From a virus (taxonomy: Duplodnaviria > Caudoviricetes): a stretch of 64,000 nt of DNA. How positions within the stretch are numbered: position 1 is the first letter of the stretch; each line of letters begins with the position of its first letter. Below, in pieces: positions 60,216 through 64,000 of this stretch. The notes beneath the pieces were generated by a model. It did not search any database and was not told where the DNA came from. It saw nothing but the letters and a program-made list of their open reading frames with translations. Where the stretch lies: IMG/VR virus record IMGVR_UViG_2687453341_000008, one strand, 5' to 3'. Made by a program: the position numbers and the translations under genes.

Positions 60216-62583
60216 TGGCGGAAGCCTCGACGTACTGAAAAAGTTTCTTGAAATCCATCACGCGACCCATCTCCTCCTGTTCCTGCTTGTCCAGTCGGGC
60301 CAAGTTTGCCTTGAGCCGCCGGATCTTGAGAGCTGCACCCGCCGCCCCACTCTGGGCCTCAGCTAGCACGTGCTCGAAATGGTTCTTCCACTGACGCATC
60401 CGACTGGGACTCACAGCCACGGTCGGTTTCGCCCCGGCATGAACGACATCACTCTTGGCATGTCGAGCGGCAGCCATCGGGACTTCTGAGCATTTTGCTG
60501 CCATCGGCAATATGGTCGGTGAGCACGACGCCACGTTGGGCTTGGCTTCGACACGATCGACCTTCGCCATCGCCACGCGAGCCGGCATCGGCATCGGCAA
60601 GGCCGGCTGCACATGAGTCATCGGAACTCTCGGAACCCTGGATATCACCTCATCCGCCAACTTCTTAGCAAGAGCCATCGCCACCGACTCGTCTCCTGCG
60701 GTCAGAGCATCGAACGAGCTTTGGCTGAAATTGCCTTCGATCGCCTTGGCGGCCTTGGTCTTTTGGGACATCAATCGCACGCACTGCTCTTGCATGGTCC
60801 CTTCGTAGAACATGTAGTGCACTTCGCAGTCGAGCCACTGACCGATACGCCAGGATCGCGCCGCCGCTTGCCGCAACGTGTCGAGGTTGTAACCGGTTTG
60901 GTAGAACACCAAGACACTGAAATTGTGATTCCCCCCGCGGTCGAACAAATCCAGGCCGGTCTTCACCAAGGTTGGATTGGATATGATCACATTCGCTTTG
61001 CCGTTGTTGAAGATCCACTCTTCACGGTCGCAAGAACTCACTTTCTGAGATCGAAGGATGCGAACGTCGAGCCCTTCCCTGTCGAGCAGCTCCTTCAAGC
61101 GGACCTGCACGTCTCGCTTCTGAGTCATCTCGCAGTAAATCCACACCTGCCGCCCCCGCGATACCGCGTCTTTAACGACCTCCACGAGCTTCGCTTCCTT
61201 GGTCCGTATCGTCTCCGCATCGAGATCAGGCGGCGTAGCCACCTCGACCCATTCCCCTTCTGCAGTTCGATAGCCGATCGAGTTGTAACCATACGGATGG
61301 TCAGGCCAACCATTGAGCGTGTTGAGAAGCACCGACATGGCCGCTTTGCTGCCCATCGCGATCAACTGCCTCATGCTGGCTCGAATACTGGACTCTACCT
61401 GCTCATAATGCTCCGCTTGTTCCGCGTCCATCTGAACCGGGTGCATCACCTCGGCGAGACCGGGCAACTTGTACCCGAGATCTTCAAGCGACCCGAACAC
61501 GGCACAATCGAGCAAGCAGTCTCCGTAGATGCTTGGCACAATCCCGGGTCGGATTTTGATCGACGTCGTTTTGCCTCCCCCTCGGCTTTGCCGATTAGCA
61601 AACGACTCACTGTCTTTGTAGCTCACGATCGTCTCGATACGTCCGTACCGCTTCGTGAACTCCATCCCATCGTTCCACTTGAACCCCAGTGCTTTCATCT
61701 TCCCGGGAAACAGACGGTACGACATGGGGAATATCGAATCGGCGTAACCGTTGAGCAAAGTCCCTGTCAACGCAACCTTGAACGGTACCTTCGCCGCGAG
61801 CTTCCCGACAGAAAGACCGATTGCAGATCGTTCCCCTTTTGACTCGTGTACCTCGTCAATCACAAGGTATTTGAACACCTTGCGAGCCTGCCGATGGATG
61901 ATGTTGGCCACAGGCCATCGATCCATATCGTGCGTCCACTGGTACAACGCTTCGCTGCAATGACGGCACTTTTGCTGTTTCTTCGCGAGGTCCGCTTCCT
62001 GGGCGAACACCCAAACGTCGGACCCTTCCTGCACCACCTTCTTCTCGATCGGCTGGTTGCACCTCGGGCACTTGAGAATCCCAATATCAAATCGCTGCGA
62101 CTTTATGAACGAAGGCTTCCAACTCGTCGACATCTTCGCTTTGTTGCCGGACATGATGAACCACTCAGTCCCGGTGGGCTTGGTCCCAACCAAACGGAGA
62201 ACATCGGAGTAATGATCGATGATCTTGCATTTGGAGTCCGGAATCGTCATCTCGATTTCACGCACCCACTTCTTCTGCAAGTGCGGTGGGCAAACAACGA
62301 TCGTTCGGTACGCAGCCCCTTCGGCATGAACATGGATCATTGCAATCGCGCAGAGGGTTTTACCAAAACCCATCGACATCGAGCACGGCACGCTCTTGCG
62401 ACCGGCCTGCCAGGCTTTGACTCCTGCCACGATTCGATGCCACTGGGCGTCCATAGGCTCGCGAAGCAAGTGCACGTCGGGACGAACGAACGTCTCCATC
62501 AACGGGCGAGAACTTTCCTCGACCTTTTGGATCAACAAGTCACCGTAGGTTTGAAGATAATCCGCCAGTGTTTCAGCCTGCAT
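60184..62583 (-). CDS. SNF2-like SF2 helicase with Zn ribbon
   Basis: MGFGKT, IDEVH, LTGT, TGLDL, QAAARSWRIGQ; CPRC/CRHC. Confidence 0.88.
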   Translation of the reverse strand: MQAETLADYLQTYGDLLIQKVEESSRPLMETFVRPDVHLLREPMDAQWHRIVAGVKAWQAGRKSVPCSMSMGFGKTLCAIAMIHVHAEGAAYRTIVVCPPHLQKKWVREIEMTIPDSKCKIIDHYSDVLRLVGTKPTGTEWFIMSGNKAKMSTSWKPSFIKSQRFDIGILKCPRCNQPIEKKVVQEGSDVWVFAQEADLAKKQQKCRHCSEALYQWTHDMDRWPVANIIHRQARKVFKYLVIDEVHESKGERSAIGLSVGKLAAKVPFKVALTGTLLNGYADSIFPMSYRLFPGKMKALGFKWNDGMEFTKRYGRIETIVSYKDSESFANRQSRGGGKTTSIKIRPGIVPSIYGDCLLDCAVFGSLEDLGYKLPGLAEVMHPVQMDAEQAEHYEQVESSIRASMRQLIAMGSKAAMSVLLNTLNGWPDHPYGYNSIGYRTAEGEWVEVATPPDLDAETIRTKEAKLVEVVKDAVSRGRQVWIYCEMTQKRDVQVRLKELLDREGLDVRILRSQKVSSCDREEWIFNNGKANVIISNPTLVKTGLDLFDRGGNHNFSVLVFYQTGYNLDTLRQAAARSWRIGQWLDCEVHYMFYEGTMQEQCVRLMSQKTKAAKAIEGNFSQSSFDALTAGDESVAMALAKKLADEVISRVPRVPMTHVQPALPMPMPARVAMAKVDRVEAKPNVASCSPTILPMAAKCSEVPMAAARHAKSDVVHAGAKPTVAVSPSRMRQWKNHFEHVLAEAQSGAAGAALKIRRLKANLARLDKQEQEEMGRVMDFKKLFQYVEASASEYRSQAVGV

Positions 62584-63121
62584 GAAGATGCCTCTTGCTT
62601 GGAATCGTGATGGTTTTGTTTTGGAGCAACTTCGTGACCACTTCATCAAGCTGCTCGGATGTCACTGTGCAATAGTGAGCCGAAATCCCGAACGATTTAA
62701 CGGGAGCAATTAAGCCAAAGTCCTTGAGGCTTTCGATCACATTCGGGATCCATTCGTCCAAGATCGGCGTCGAGATTTCCGGCGACTTCAAATAAGCTGC
62801 CAACGCCGGCTCTAGCTCACCAAACAACAAGCCCTTGACCTTTGCAACGGCAACAACGTGTACCGCTCGGTACCGCGGTAATTTCATCCGACGAATCTCG
62901 TAACCCTCTGGGTAAACGGTAAACGACTCGTCCTCCATCTCAATCCAACCTCCACGCTTGCCCAAGTGAAGAACGGCGATCACCGACTTGGCAACCGACT
63001 CGGTCGCTACAAACGAGATCATCCCAATGTAGGAACGATCGAAGATGTTGGTTCCCGCCGTTGTGAACCGATCGACATCCACGGTCAATTCAAGATCACT
63101 TGATTTAACAGTCGCCTTCAT
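62573..63121 (-). CDS. hypothetical protein in the methyltransferase-helicase module
   Basis: Overlaps both neighbours; GAGG RBS. Confidence 0.6.
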   Translation of the reverse strand: MKATVKSSDLELTVDVDRFTTAGTNIFDRSYIGMISFVATESVAKSVIAVLHLGKRGGWIEMEDESFTVYPEGYEIRRMKLPRYRAVHVVAVAKVKGLLFGELEPALAAYLKSPEISTPILDEWIPNVIESLKDFGLIAPVKSFGISAHYCTVTSEQLDEVVTKLLQNKTITIPSKRHLHAG

Positions 63122-64000
63122 CGCTCACCTCTTCCTCTTCGTTCTCGGGTGGTTGTTCTGCTTCGTTCTCAATCTTGTCCTCCAGCGTCGTGATTCCGGT
63201 TTCGTCCGCAATCTTGATCGTGAGCTTGATCTGTTCGGTCTTGTGCACCTTGACCTTTTTCTCTTCCTTCACGGTCTGCTCGGTGACGATCTTACGCGTC
63301 GAACCTCGAACCACGTGCGGCTTCTCGCCTGGTGGCTCGACGACTCCATCCAGCATTCCGGAAGCCAGCAGCAACGCGATATGCCCCTTGGACAGCCTCA
63401 TCGGAGGCACAAGCTCTCTCGCAGCTTCTGCATGGTTTAGCTTGAGTATTTCATCTGCCTTGGAACCGCGTATCGCCTGTTCGATCTCCTGAGCCGTATA
63501 GAATCGTTTTTCAACTCGAACGCATCCACCATCCATCGCGGAGTACGGCGGTATCAAATCGACCGATTTGCAGCAGTACGTGTCATCGAACAGGTTGTAA
63601 TCGGCACGCGCCTCGAACTTCCGGCGAACGCCGAAAATCAAGTGCTCTTGGAACTTTGTTTCGAAGGGAAACGGAGCGCATCGCAAACGGTCAAAGTATC
63701 GAGTCAACACTTCGAAAGTCCGCCAACTTGTCGCCGTTCTTTCCGGCAACACGGCAACCAGAATCGACCCAGGGGATGCCTGGTTCGCGATCTTCTGTAG
63801 GAACCGCCATTCAACACGACCACCCCCACCGAGTTCGTCATCGAAAGGCGGGTTCACGTAGAAGATCGACGCATTGCCATAGCTCGGCGATTCGAGCCAA
63901 TCGACTGGACCGAAGCAATTTCGGATCCGAGTCTTGGCAACAGCATGACGACCTTCGTCCATCTCCGCCGCGTACACGTTCGCTTTATCGATCCCCATCT
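63105..64000 (-). CDS. DUF6094-like amino-methyltransferase, 5' end beyond the window
   Basis: YAAEMDEGR, YVNPPFD, PPMRLSKGHIALLLASGMLDG. Confidence 0.8.
   Translation of the reverse strand, partial: MGIDKANVYAAEMDEGRHAVAKTRIRNCFGPVDWLESPSYGNASIFYVNPPFDDELGGGGRVEWRFLQKIANQASPGSILVAVLPERTATSWRTFEVLTRYFDRLRCAPFPFETKFQEHLIFGVRRKFEARADYNLFDDTYCCKSVDLIPPYSAMDGGCVRVEKRFYTAQEIEQAIRGSKADEILKLNHAEAARELVPPMRLSKGHIALLLASGMLDGVVEPPGEKPHVVRGSTRKIVTEQTVKEEKKVKVHKTEQIKLTIKIADETGITTLEDKIENEAEQPPENEEEEVSDEGDC

Overview
This window is part of a large HK97-fold prophage, almost entirely on the minus strand. The host is very likely a Planctomycete, judging by the DUF1559 and DUF1573 genes. Head genes are scattered: capsid, protease and MuF at 0.2-4.7 kb, portal at 26.8-29.0 kb and terminase at 54-56 kb. 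The prophage also carries two ECF sigma factors, a DnaN clamp, CsrA, AlkB, a ParB/methyltransferase cluster, a SNF2-type helicase with a DUF6094-like methyltransferase, and many small hypothetical genes. A 16.6-kb block (7276-23837) interrupts it: IS66, an IS1111 inside the IS66 end, a host-type glycosylation/sulfation operon with a Cys-rich peptide, IS630 debris and IS21. Two defence-like inserts are present, a Type ISP R-M gene with a coupled nuclease-like gene and a GHKL ATPase-nuclease. The strongest signals are: (1) an IS1111 element inserted in the terminal inverted repeat of IS66, whose non-coding end carries guide segments matching that repeat; (2) a portal protein fused to a 2H phosphoesterase (Acb1-like anti-CBASS candidate); (3) a motif repeated about 11 times upstream of phage genes, suggesting a phage ECF sigma regulon; (4) a C-terminal module shared by an ECF sigma factor and a helicase; (5) a multi-ParB/methyltransferase cassette bracketed by two Cys/His-conserved paralogs next to the terminase. 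All family calls come from motif recognition by eye; no database searches were run.
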